A DNA stretch of 41,887 nt from contig JAKAIL010000003.1 of the NCBI GenBank assembly GCA_021825235.1, positions 1-41,887 of the forward strand, read 5' to 3'. The DNA comes from Bacteroidota bacterium (GTDB lineage Bacteria; Bacteroidota; Ignavibacteria; Palsa-1295). The translations under genes and the position numbers were made by a program. The notes under the pieces are model-generated. The model made no database searches and had not been told where the DNA came from. It saw only the letters and a list, made by a program, of their open reading frames with translations. Below, piece by piece: positions 1-8,431 of this stretch. The stretch's first letter is position 1. Each line of letters begins with the position of its first letter.

Positions 1-1
1 A

Positions 2-202
2 AATCTTTGGTTCGATGGCGAGGGTGATTTCCTCGAAGTAACTTTTTCGAACGCGCCGGGCTACATGGTGGAAACCGATAACGATGCCATCATGGCGCGT
101 GTGGATGGTGCCGGCAACGTGCTCGGCTTCTCCGTCATGGGTGTCAGCAAACTCGCGCGCGAAAAGCCGATCTCCATCGACCTGCACGCCCAAACGGCTT
201 GA
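2..202 (+). CDS. DUF2283-like small protein, 5'-truncated by window edge
   Basis: Frame 2 reads NLWFDGEGDFLEVTFSNAPGYMVETDNDAIMARVDGAGNVLGFSVMGVSKL...HAQTA*, resembling DUF2283 (xxDxxxDxLxI...DxxGxxxG) proteins often found near TA genes. Confidence 0.65.
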   Translation, partial: NLWFDGEGDFLEVTFSNAPGYMVETDNDAIMARVDGAGNVLGFSVMGVSKLAREKPISIDLHAQTA

Positions 203-276
203 ATACGAAACGAGCAGCGAATCGCATCGTGCGGCGGCATGGGCACGAACTAATTGCGAGCGCCGTTGCTCAAAGT

Positions 277-495
277 ATGCAAACCTACGCTGTCGAATCC
301 GCGAATGTCAATCTTTCTGTGCTGCTAACTTTGGCCGAGAAGGGGGAAGAGGTTCTTCTTACGAAAAAAAATCGTCCCATCGCGAAACTTGTACCGGTCG
401 ATGACGATGAGGCGTATCGCCGCGAAGCGCAGGAGTTTATGGGGTTCCTGAAGGGGATGCGGCCGTTTGAACGAGAAGACGACGATCGGATATGA
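277..495 (+). CDS. Phd/YefM-family antitoxin (VapB-like)
   Basis: MQTYAVESANVNLSVLLTLAEKGEEVLLTKKNRPIAKLVPV fits the Phd/YefM pattern (GEEVxITxxxxPxAxLVP); ATGA overlap with the PIN toxin. Confidence 0.85.
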   Translation: MQTYAVESANVNLSVLLTLAEKGEEVLLTKKNRPIAKLVPVDDDEAYRREAQEFMGFLKGMRPFEREDDDRI

Positions 496-866
496 ACGTG
501 CTGGATTCCTCCGCGTGGATCGAATATTTCCGTGGTAGCTCTCTCGCTCCGATTTTCTTGCCGATTGTCAAGGAACGAAAGAGTCTGATTGTTCCTGCAA
601 TTGCCATCTATGAAGTACACAAATGGGCGTTGCTCGAAAAAGGAGAGGATGAAGCGTTAGCTGCGTAGAACCGAATGCTGAAAGGCAATGTGATCTTGCT
701 TGACTCTCAGCTTGCAACGGATGCGTCCCGCCTCTCCATCGAGCATAAACTTCCCATGGCCGATGCGATTATCTATGCAACCACGCTCGCCAACGCCGCC
801 GAAGTCTGGACGACGGACGGCCACTTCGAGGGATTGCCGAACGTGCGGTGCTTCGAAAAAAATTGA
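492..866 (+). pseudogene. vapC: VapC PIN-domain toxin with in-frame TAG at 666-668
   Basis: MNVLDSSAWIEYF...IYEV...ALAA*NRMLKG...LPMADAIIYAT...WTTDGHF: PIN acidic motifs lie in one frame interrupted by a single stop. Confidence 0.85.
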
Positions 867-997
867 AAATTGCGCGCCGCCCAAAATTATTTCGTATTTC
901 TGTAGTGGCAAACGGCGCAACTCTCGCAGGCACACGCGGGAAAGTAGAGCCGGCCTGAAAAACGAAAGGTGCATGCCGGAAGTTTTTTAAACACAAG

Positions 998-1032
998 CCC
1001 GTTTGCCAGGAAGCGAACGGGATTTTTTATTT
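998..1032 (+). terminator. Intrinsic terminator; its 5' arm can alternatively pair with 906-915
   Basis: CCCGTTTGC-caggaa-GCGAACGGG followed by ATTTTTTATTTT. Confidence 0.7.
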
Positions 1033-1096
1033 TGTCTTTCGCAGCTTTTCGAGAAAATTTCGCAGCCTTTGAAGAACAGGAGGAAAGATACTTATC

Positions 1097-2047
1097 ATGA
1101 GAACTTTCTTTGCACTCATTACCATCCTAACGGTGCTCTTCGTATCGGAAACCATTCGCGCTCAAGGTTACAGAACGGAGGGCAAACCCGTGGTGCTTGC
1201 GGTCTGCCAAGAGGTTTGTGACGGGCAAGTTTCTCTCGATAGCATGAAGCGTCTATTGAGCACGGTTTCTGCTTCGCAGGTGTACGCTCCGGACACAACC
1301 TTTCACTACTACTATGATCAACCGACGGTTACCTACAGCGCGGATTCGAGAAATGGTGCCACTGCGGTGGAAATTGCGGTCGATTCGGGCGATTTTGTCC
1401 TGTTTCGATTGCTCGATTCAGTTGGCGGCGGTCAAGAGCGTGATCAACTAATGGCACCCGCATTGGGGCATGGTAATGTTGCCGTAGCAGAATTCCTCGC
1501 CGCACACGGAACCCGCCCGACTCCGGACGATCTTAGCGATTATCTGGCGGATAGGCGTTATGACACCCCCGAAGAACACCCAAGCCCTGGTAATCAGGAC
1601 AGCATGCTTGCCTTCTTTTTTTCAAATGGTATCGATCCGAACATGGAGGCAAGTGACGTCCTGTCCGATTTTAGTTGCTCCAGCTTTCTTAATATTGCTG
1701 CGGGAGTTCGTGACACTACCGCTGTTAGGTTCCTCCTTGCACACGGAGCAAAGGCTGATGGGTGTCCTAAATGCGCAGTGAGTGGAGGTTACCGCACTCC
1801 ACTTATCGAGGCCGTGGTAGCAGTCAACACGTATGGGGAGCAAAGGGGCTTCATTCCCCCAGGCGAACTTGGGGTCGTAAAGTTGTTGGTTGAGGCCGGG
1901 GCCAATGTGAACCAGACCGATGGAGGCTACTCTGTATTGTACTACGCAAAAGGACAGGCGAGTGGGTATGAAGGCGATGCGCCAGATGTGATTTATGAAG
2001 TAATTCAGTACCTTAAATCCAAGGGAGCCCTTGACCTTCACCAGTGA
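1097..2047 (+). CDS. Secreted ankyrin-repeat protein
   Basis: Signal peptide MRTFFALITILTVLFVSETIRA; ankyrin-like segments TPLIEAV, VVKLLVEAGANVN, VRFLLAHGAKAD; upstream AGGAGG. Confidence 0.8.
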   Translation: MRTFFALITILTVLFVSETIRAQGYRTEGKPVVLAVCQEVCDGQVSLDSMKRLLSTVSASQVYAPDTTFHYYYDQPTVTYSADSRNGATAVEIAVDSGDFVLFRLLDSVGGGQERDQLMAPALGHGNVAVAEFLAAHGTRPTPDDLSDYLADRRYDTPEEHPSPGNQDSMLAFFFSNGIDPNMEASDVLSDFSCSSFLNIAAGVRDTTAVRFLLAHGAKADGCPKCAVSGGYRTPLIEAVVAVNTYGEQRGFIPPGELGVVKLLVEAGANVNQTDGGYSVLYYAKGQASGYEGDAPDVIYEVIQYLKSKGALDLHQ

Positions 2048-2093
2048 TCATTGGGGCGGACGAGCTTTTTTGTAAACGTGAAAGGAACTAAGC

Positions 2094-2633
2094 ATGTACG
2101 GCATTTATCGAAACAACCTGTTGATGAAAGAACTCGGGATTGTCAATCTCAATGGGGAACCATTTAAGAAGACCTTCGAGGGGAAGGGCCTGAAACCTGC
2201 TGAGCTACCGGTTCTATGGCAGTTTGCGCTTGACGAGTACCTAAAATATGGGTACAAACTGGCGTCGGAAGGGCTGGATTTCGCCATTCTTAATCATCAG
2301 AAGGAGAGCCCGACCTGGGGAAAGCCGTCAGCGGCGGATATTCTTTTGCTGAAAGGCGGAAAGGTCGCCAGCTATTTTGACGAGGTGGGGAACCATAAGT
2401 GGAGCGTTGTAAAGTTGGAGCTTGCAGAAGCATTCCGAAAAGATCGGGAACTGAATTCGGATGAAGCGGGAAAGTTCGTTCTTCCATTCGACTTACCGGA
2501 ACGAATTCCCAACCCGCAGCGATTGGTGGAATTTTATTATCTTCGCGAGGAGTGGTCAACCCCGGGGCCGCTATCGCCTGCAATGATTTACGACGATGTG
2601 AGCGAACACTTCGGGCTTCGTACCGGCGCATAG
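2094..2633 (+). CDS. Hypothetical protein
   Basis: 179-aa ORF with ATG and upstream AAGGA; no recognised motif. Confidence 0.6.
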   Translation: MYGIYRNNLLMKELGIVNLNGEPFKKTFEGKGLKPAELPVLWQFALDEYLKYGYKLASEGLDFAILNHQKESPTWGKPSAADILLLKGGKVASYFDEVGNHKWSVVKLELAEAFRKDRELNSDEAGKFVLPFDLPERIPNPQRLVEFYYLREEWSTPGPLSPAMIYDDVSEHFGLRTGA

Positions 2634-2708
2634 CCGCGTATGGTTCGTTACTTTTGAAAAACGCAACTATTTCATCCATTTACTTTGAATCACATTAGGG
2701 GGACATCC

Positions 2709-3317
2709 ATGTTTTCACGGCCTGGGAACGAAAATGTGAGCGCACGAATTTCATTAGCTCTGAGGGCGCTGATTTTGGTTTTTGCAGTCCTGGCATTTTG
2801 CGACATTGCTTATTCTCAACCTTCGAATGATACTGCATCTCAGCCATTCACCCATCAGGATGTCATGGCGATGCAAAAGATTTATAATCAATTTAAGAAG
2901 GAAAGCATAGAACACAAAAGAATGGAAGAAAAATACAGGACGAACGCTCCATTCACGGATCTGGAAGATCGACTCGTAAACAATGACACTACATTACTGT
3001 TTAGAATAGAAAGTGACTTAATAAGCGAAACGAACTCCGGAAACCGCGGCCACATTGCGCTTTCTACTATCTACGGCGAGAGGAGCATGGCAGTCATCTT
3101 ATCAGATGATTTTGATAGCCCTAATTTTCAAGACATCCTACGTTCCTACGGTGCATCTAAGGGCGACTGGCTAATTATTAGTGGTGGCTTTCAAAGTTAC
3201 TTGGGCCACATCGGAGCTAACGGTGTTGCCTATACAAATGGTAACGGTAGGGTTAAGAATATACCAATCTTCAATGTTCGGGACATACATTATTACGAAG
3301 AAGAGCCCGGAGATTAA
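2709..3317 (+). CDS. Hypothetical exported/membrane-anchored protein (start uncertain)
   Basis: AT-richer ORF with hydrophobic N-terminal segment LALRALILVFAVLAFCDIAYSQ. Confidence 0.6.
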   Translation: MFSRPGNENVSARISLALRALILVFAVLAFCDIAYSQPSNDTASQPFTHQDVMAMQKIYNQFKKESIEHKRMEEKYRTNAPFTDLEDRLVNNDTTLLFRIESDLISETNSGNRGHIALSTIYGERSMAVILSDDFDSPNFQDILRSYGASKGDWLIISGGFQSYLGHIGANGVAYTNGNGRVKNIPIFNVRDIHYYEEEPGD

Positions 3318-3339
3318 CCATCGCTCTGCGTGGGGGCCT

Positions 3340-3498
3340 TTAACCCTCCCATCCCCGCTGCCCGCCGCGGCACGAAGCGCGGTGGCCATTATCTGAACTG
3401 GGATGCGTGGGATTTTCGGGATGGGTGGGATGCGTTCCCAAAAATCTTTTCCATCCCATAAGCTTGTCCTGAGCTCGCCGAAGGATCCCAGTTCAGAC
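3340..3498. repeat. Composite REP-like repeat, copy 1, with nested CTTGTCCTGAGCTCGCCGAAGG element
   Basis: Direct repeat of 4089-4228 (TTAACCCTCCCATCCCCGCTGCCCrCCGCGGC...); inner inverted repeat TCTGAACTGGGAT/ATCCCAGTTCAGA. Confidence 0.85.
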
Positions 3499-3499
3499 G

Positions 3500-3553
3500 G
3501 TGTGGCGCATGCTTCAGCTTGCGTCAAGGCCCAAGCTAAAGCATTGGCCACAC
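3500..3553. repeat. REP-like palindrome; degenerate copy near 6500-6546
   Basis: GTGTGGCGCATGCTTCAGCTTG...CAAGCTAAAGCATTGGCCACAC; core CAGCTTGCGTCA..CCCAAGCTAAAG recurs at ~6511-6536. Confidence 0.7.
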
Positions 3554-3622
3554 CCAAGCTAACCCCCCTGCCCGCCGCGCCGGGCGCGGCACGAAGCGCG
3601 GCGGCTGCGCGTTCCAATTTTC

Positions 3623-3820
3623 ATGCAGAGCTACGTCATAACACCCCAAAACGCCATTGAGCAACAGCAGCTTGCTCAGTTTCTCACGCAGTCTCATATT
3701 CCGGCAAAAGTGTTGACGGATGAAGAGAAAGAAGACATCGGAATGCTCCTTTTGATGTCGGAAGTGGATGTGAACGACACCGTTTCGGAAGAAGAGGTCC
3801 GTAAGATACTCCGTTCGTGA
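3623..3820 (+). CDS. Putative type II antitoxin
   Basis: 65-aa acidic protein (EEKEDIGMLLLM...VSEEEV) with GTGA overlap to the RelE-like toxin. Confidence 0.75.
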   Translation: MQSYVITPQNAIEQQQLAQFLTQSHIPAKVLTDEEKEDIGMLLLMSEVDVNDTVSEEEVRKILRS

Positions 3821-4086
3821 AGCTCGTACTTACCTCCCGATTTGCGAAAGACCTTCGGTCAATTCGTGATGTTTCGGTCAAGGCCGATGTCAATTCCGCG
3901 CTCGATAAGATGAAAGCTGCAAAGCGGTTAGAGGACCTTGGTGATGTAGTGAAGATGAAGGGCGCGAAAAACGCATTCCGAATGCGGGTAGGCGAATATC
4001 GGATTGGGTTTTATCTCGATGGCGACACAATTACTCTCGGCCGCTTCGCAAATCGAGAGGATATTTATCGGTTGTTCCCCTCGTGA
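3817..4086 (+). CDS. RelE/ParE-family toxin
   Basis: FAKDLRSI...VVKMKG..NAFRMRVGEYRIGF...REDIYRLFP is a typical RelE/StbE pattern. Confidence 0.9.
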   Translation: MKLVLTSRFAKDLRSIRDVSVKADVNSALDKMKAAKRLEDLGDVVKMKGAKNAFRMRVGEYRIGFYLDGDTITLGRFANREDIYRLFPS

Positions 4087-4088
4087 CG

Positions 4089-4228
4089 TTAACCCTCCCA
4101 TCCCCGCTGCCCACCGCGGCGGGCGCGGCACGAAGCGCGGCAGCATTGTCTGAACTGGGATGCGCGGGATTTGAGGGATGAGTTCCCGGAAATCTATTCC
4201 ATCCCATGAATCCCAGTTCAGACAATGC
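4089..4228. repeat. Composite REP-like repeat, copy 2
   Basis: Direct repeat of 3340-3498; contains a perfect 19-bp inverted repeat GCATTGTCTGAACTGGGAT (4143-4161 / 4210-4228). Confidence 0.85.
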
Positions 4229-4245
4229 CCAGATCTCGCGCTTTC

Positions 4246-5580
4246 TTAATTCCTCCGTCGCCGCCGGTTCCATCTGCGGTTGCCGGATTTCTTTTTCGGT
4301 GCCTCGCTTTGATTGGCGTGATGTTGCGGTCGTGGTGAACTGCTTGCGTGGCTGTGCTTTGGCCGATCGTTGCGCGCCTGAGCATCGCGAGGATGCTCGC
4401 GCCGCTCAAGTTTTTGATGTGGTCTCGGTGATTCGGCGTGGCGTGACTCTGGTTTGCCGAGATTGTGGTGTTCGACTGGGATCCGGACGCCGGTCAGTTT
4501 TTCGATGTCCTTGATAAAGGCCTTCTCGTCCGGCGCGCAGAAGGAGATGGCGATGCCATTGGCTCCGGCACGGCCGGTGCGACCAATGCGGTGGACGTAC
4601 GTCTCTGGAATATTTGGGATCTCGTAATTAAAGACGTATTCCAGATTGTCGATGTCGATGCCGCGTGCGGCGATATCGGTCGCGACGAGCACGCGAATCT
4701 TGCCGGTCTTGAAATTCGTCAGCGATTTTTGCCGCCGGTTTTGCGCTTTGTTCCCATGGATCGCTTCGGCTGAGATGCCATGCTGCTCGAGCGTCCTTGC
4801 CACAACGTCCGCGCCACGCTTTGTGCGCGTAAAAACCAGCGCTGAAGTAATTCGCGGATCATCAAGTAATTGCCTTAGCAGTTCTGATTTCTGGGACTTG
4901 TCAACGTAATATAGCTTCTGCTGAATAAGATCGACGGTTGTTGCAGGCGGTGTGACCGCAACTTTGACCGGTTGATACAGGATATTCTGCGATAGCTTCA
5001 CGATCGCTGGCGGCATCGTGGCGGAGAAGAAGAGAGATTGCCGCTCCTCAGGAAGTTCTGCGATGATGTCCTGCACATCGTGCACGAATCCCATGTCGAG
5101 CATGCGATCGGCTTCATCGAGCACGAGGATCTCGATGTGCCGCAGATCGACATATCCCTGGTCCATCAGATCGAGCAGCCGGCCTGGCGTGGCAACGATG
5201 ATATCGACACCGCGCCGGAGCGCTGCTGTCTGCGCGCCCTGCCCAACGCCACCAAAAATGACGGTGTTCGAAAGACGAACATGCCGGCCGTAGGCCTGGA
5301 AGCTTTCCTGTATCTGCACGGCGAGTTCACGCGTCGGCGTCAGAATGAGGCAGCGAATGTGCTTGTGTTTGCCGGACGGCTTGTGCTCGGAAAGAATTTG
5401 CAGAATAGGCACCGCGAACGCAACGGTCTTTCCGGTTCCCGTCTGCGCAATGCCGAGCAGATCGCTGCCATCGAGCACGATCGGAATGGCCCGCTGTTGA
5501 ATGGGGGTAGGCGTGCGATAGCCCTCTTCATGCAACGCACGAAGAAGAGGTTCGATGATACCGAGGTCGTTAAATAGCAT
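4246..5580 (-). CDS. rhlE: DEAD-box ATP-dependent RNA helicase (RhlE-like)
   Basis: Q motif PTPIQ, AQTGTGKT, PTRELA, TPGRL, DEAD, SAT, ARGID, HRIGRTGRAG; basic C-terminal tail. Confidence 0.95.
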   Translation of the reverse strand: MLFNDLGIIEPLLRALHEEGYRTPTPIQQRAIPIVLDGSDLLGIAQTGTGKTVAFAVPILQILSEHKPSGKHKHIRCLILTPTRELAVQIQESFQAYGRHVRLSNTVIFGGVGQGAQTAALRRGVDIIVATPGRLLDLMDQGYVDLRHIEILVLDEADRMLDMGFVHDVQDIIAELPEERQSLFFSATMPPAIVKLSQNILYQPVKVAVTPPATTVDLIQQKLYYVDKSQKSELLRQLLDDPRITSALVFTRTKRGADVVARTLEQHGISAEAIHGNKAQNRRQKSLTNFKTGKIRVLVATDIAARGIDIDNLEYVFNYEIPNIPETYVHRIGRTGRAGANGIAISFCAPDEKAFIKDIEKLTGVRIPVEHHNLGKPESRHAESPRPHQKLERREHPRDAQARNDRPKHSHASSSPRPQHHANQSEAPKKKSGNRRWNRRRRRN

Positions 5581-5702
5581 ATAGGCGGAAATGGAAATAA
5601 ACAGGCGTCCAGCCACAGAACAATGTGGCATCAGGAAACATCAGCGCCCTGTTATGTAAGCGTAATAGTCTCCTCGAATGTACGACATACGTGAATCTCC
5701 GA

Positions 5703-6446
5703 TTAATTGATAATCTCTCGCTCACTCTTTGCAAGCCGTTCTCGAAAAGCTTGTAGCTCTTCCGGCGATTGCCGCATCCAATCCGTAACCTCGCCAATGA
5801 TCTTGAGCGGTGCCGCGCTGCGATAGGAGCGTGTCAGGTTCCCAGGAAATTTCTTGTCGGTGACGTTGGGGTCGTTTTCAAAACTTCCGGTCGGTTCAAC
5901 GATATAGACGCGCTCGCGTCCCTCGCCTTTTGCCAGGTGCGCGGCAAGCCCCGCGCCATGCAGCATGGCTGTGAAATAAATGTGGTTCATCACGACGTCC
6001 GTTTTGTAATTGGACGTGCCCCCGGCCGTCAGAAGTTCGCCTACCTGTAGATCCGCTTTCGTTCCGTGGTAGAACGGGCCGGGGTCCGAGAGCTTATCCT
6101 TGGAGGAAGCCGCTAATTTATAGTTCCGATTGGCCCGATCAAGGTCGTTCAGCTTCTCATAACACTCTGCAATATTTTCATAGAGAACTGGGAAGGCTGC
6201 AGCGACAGTGACGTCATTTATTTTTAACGCAAATTGCAAAGCCGTTTCGAACCACTGTAACTTGGTGGCAATATCCGTTTCGTGCCGGGCAAGAGCATGA
6301 GCAGCGATAAATTTTTCGAGATCGTTCGTTGCATCTCGCCAGGCCTGAAGAAATATTCCGCCGGCCTCTTCCGTTTTTCCGGCTTCTTCCAACGCCATCC
6401 CTTGAATACAGAGCTTTACGACATGGTTATTTGGGCTGAATTCCAT
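5703..6446 (-). CDS. arr: Rifampin ADP-ribosyltransferase with N-terminal TPR-like domain
   Basis: C-terminal FYHGTKADL..G.LL..G..SNY...MNHIYFTA...VYIVEPTG.FENDPNVTDKKFPGN.TRSYRS is the Arr signature; N-terminal ~120 aa is helical TPR-like. Confidence 0.9.
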   Translation of the reverse strand: MEFSPNNHVVKLCIQGMALEEAGKTEEAGGIFLQAWRDATNDLEKFIAAHALARHETDIATKLQWFETALQFALKINDVTVAAAFPVLYENIAECYEKLNDLDRANRNYKLAASSKDKLSDPGPFYHGTKADLQVGELLTAGGTSNYKTDVVMNHIYFTAMLHGAGLAAHLAKGEGRERVYIVEPTGSFENDPNVTDKKFPGNLTRSYRSAAPLKIIGEVTDWMRQSPEELQAFRERLAKSEREIIN

Positions 6447-6604
6447 TTGCTGATTATTCCGACCTTGGGATTTGTTCGAACACCACTGCTGACTGAATCA
6501 ATGCGACTATCAGCTTGCGTCAGACCCAAGCTAAAGTATGGGTCACCGCTGATGAGTACAGGTTGTCACCCACTCGGTACGAATAATGAGGCAAATCCGA
6601 GGAT

Positions 6605-7147
6605 ATGGCAGGAATAGGGTTCCGATTCTGGATTATCTGTGCTCTTTTGATTCTTTTCGGTTGCGCCTCGAAAGAAGATGCTCCGATGAAGGCAACGGCT
6701 GAGTCCGCGCCGGAGGCTACCACTGCAGCAACTTCCGGCGTGCTCTCGGCGACAATAGGCGGGACTGCCTGGCAGGCGACGCCAGTCTCGAGCGAAGATA
6801 ATGATGACGCAATTGCAAGCGTCGATGCAAAGAGCGGATTGGTTACGATCCGTGGGACGCGAAATTCCGGGAGCGGACCTGAACTGGTCGAGATTACCCT
6901 CGAGTCTTCGCATCCAGGGACGTACAAGCTGTTTCCGGAATTCGGTCATTTGCAGACCGCGATCTATAGCATCGGCACGGACACATCGCAAGTCTATTTC
7001 ATTCAGGAGAAGCAATCCGGCGAAGCGATGATTTCGCAATCGGATGGCCGCCGCTTATCCGGCACATTTTCTTTCGATGCACGCAATACACAGGGCAAGG
7101 ACATTCGTGTCTCGAATGGGAAATTCGATGTAACGATAAAACAATAA
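6605..7147 (+). CDS. Lipoprotein (DUF6252-like)
   Basis: Lipobox LFGC; SATIGGTAW...LSGTFSFDA...VSNGKFDV. Confidence 0.7.
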   Translation: MAGIGFRFWIICALLILFGCASKEDAPMKATAESAPEATTAATSGVLSATIGGTAWQATPVSSEDNDDAIASVDAKSGLVTIRGTRNSGSGPELVEITLESSHPGTYKLFPEFGHLQTAIYSIGTDTSQVYFIQEKQSGEAMISQSDGRRLSGTFSFDARNTQGKDIRVSNGKFDVTIKQ

Positions 7148-7230
7148 ACACTCGCTCATAAGGTTCTTGCTTCCGGCACTTACATTCTGAACAGACGTAC
7201 CTCTGCCGCTGTTGCTATAGCTCGCAGCTC

Positions 7231-8414
7231 ATGAGAATCATCATTGTTGGAACGGCGTATCCGCTGCGCGGCGGGATTGCGCATTACATAGCGCTCCTGC
7301 GGGAAGCACTGGTGCGGCGCGGGCATGATGTCCGCATTCTGACCTTTAAGCGGCAATATCCGAAGCTGTTATTTCCAGGAAAATCACAGGAGGAGGTGGA
7401 TACCGGGCCGAGCGAGAGTCAGGAGAAGCTCCGCGAGCAGCTTGCCGTAACCGATATTGTGATCGACTCGATTAATCCAATCACCTGATGAAGGCCGGCG
7501 CTGTTGCGGCAAAGTTCCAACCCGATCTGATCCTCTTCAAATATTGGATTCCGTTTTTTGCTCCGGCTTATGGGGTGATTGCCCGCGTTGCCAAGCGGAT
7601 TGCAAGACGGAAGGGACAACGCCCGCCACGCATTGTCTTTATCGCGGATAATGTGGTTCCGCACGAGGCGCGTCCGGGCGATCTCCAGCTCACACGCTAC
7701 GCATTTCGCGCGGTGGATCACTTCATCGTGCATTCGGATGCAGTGGAGCGGGAACTGATGCGGGTGTATCCGAGCGCAAAATTTATCAAACTCCCGCACG
7801 GCATCTTTGAGATTTTTGGCGAACCAATGCCTATTTCCGATGCGCGGCGATTACTGGAGCTACCCCAGGATGTACCAGTGATTTTGTTCTTTGGATACAT
7901 CCGCAAGTATAAGGGTCTGGATATTCTCCTTCATGCCGTACCAAAGCTACTTGAGAAAATGCCGGAGCTTCGCATTGTCGTTGCAGGGGAATATTACGGT
8001 GACGAAGCAGAATACCGTTCGTTCATTTCATCGCTTGGCATTCCGGAACGAAATCTTCTGTTTGCAACAGATTATATTCCGAACGATGAGGTTGCGAAGT
8101 ATTTCTCCGCCGCGAACGTCGTGGTCTTACCATATCGAAGTGCTACGCAATCCGGCATCGTGCCCATCGCGTATCAATTCGATAAGCCCGTGATCGTTAC
8201 CGATGTTGGCGGATTGCGCGAGACCGTGGTGGACGGCGTCAGTGGCCTCATCGCGAGGGAAGCAACGCCAGAATTGGTAGCCGAGCAAGTGCTGCGCTTC
8301 TTCGATGAGCACTTAGAAGCGCGACTCGTCCAGGGCGTAAAGCAAGAGAAAAAGAAGTATTCGTGGGATACGTTTGCGGAAGGCATCGAGCGGATGATGG
8401 CATCACGTCAATGA
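7231..8414 (+). pseudogene. GT4-family glycosyltransferase split by apparent 1-bp deletion near 7487
   Basis: N-part (GTAYPLRGGIAHY) ends INPIT-TGA; C-part has FGYIRKYKG, PYRSATQSG, VTDVGGL; restoring a G gives continuous INPITWMKAG. Confidence 0.8.
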
Positions 8415-8431
8415 ATCCCCCTAGATAAGCT

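Noticed and set aside
666-668. Pyrrolysine or stop-codon recoding
   Set aside because: TAG terminates several genes normally (e.g. 2633, 13750, 15182); no pyl genes seen
906-1010. Assignment to c-di-GMP, ZTP, purine or guanidine riboswitch classes
   Set aside because: Only fragmentary resemblance; conserved core nucleotides are absent, so it is left unclassified
1-4228. Integron cassette array
   Set aside because: Some TAAC motifs follow genes, but no matching RYYYAAC/GTTRRRY attC pairs recur between genes and no integrase is present
3340-4228. CRISPR array
   Set aside because: Only 2-3 irregular repeat copies, no constant-length spacers, no cas genes
7486-7488. Selenocysteine or TGA readthrough in GT4
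   Set aside because: The downstream part is in a different frame, so this is an indel rather than an in-frame stop
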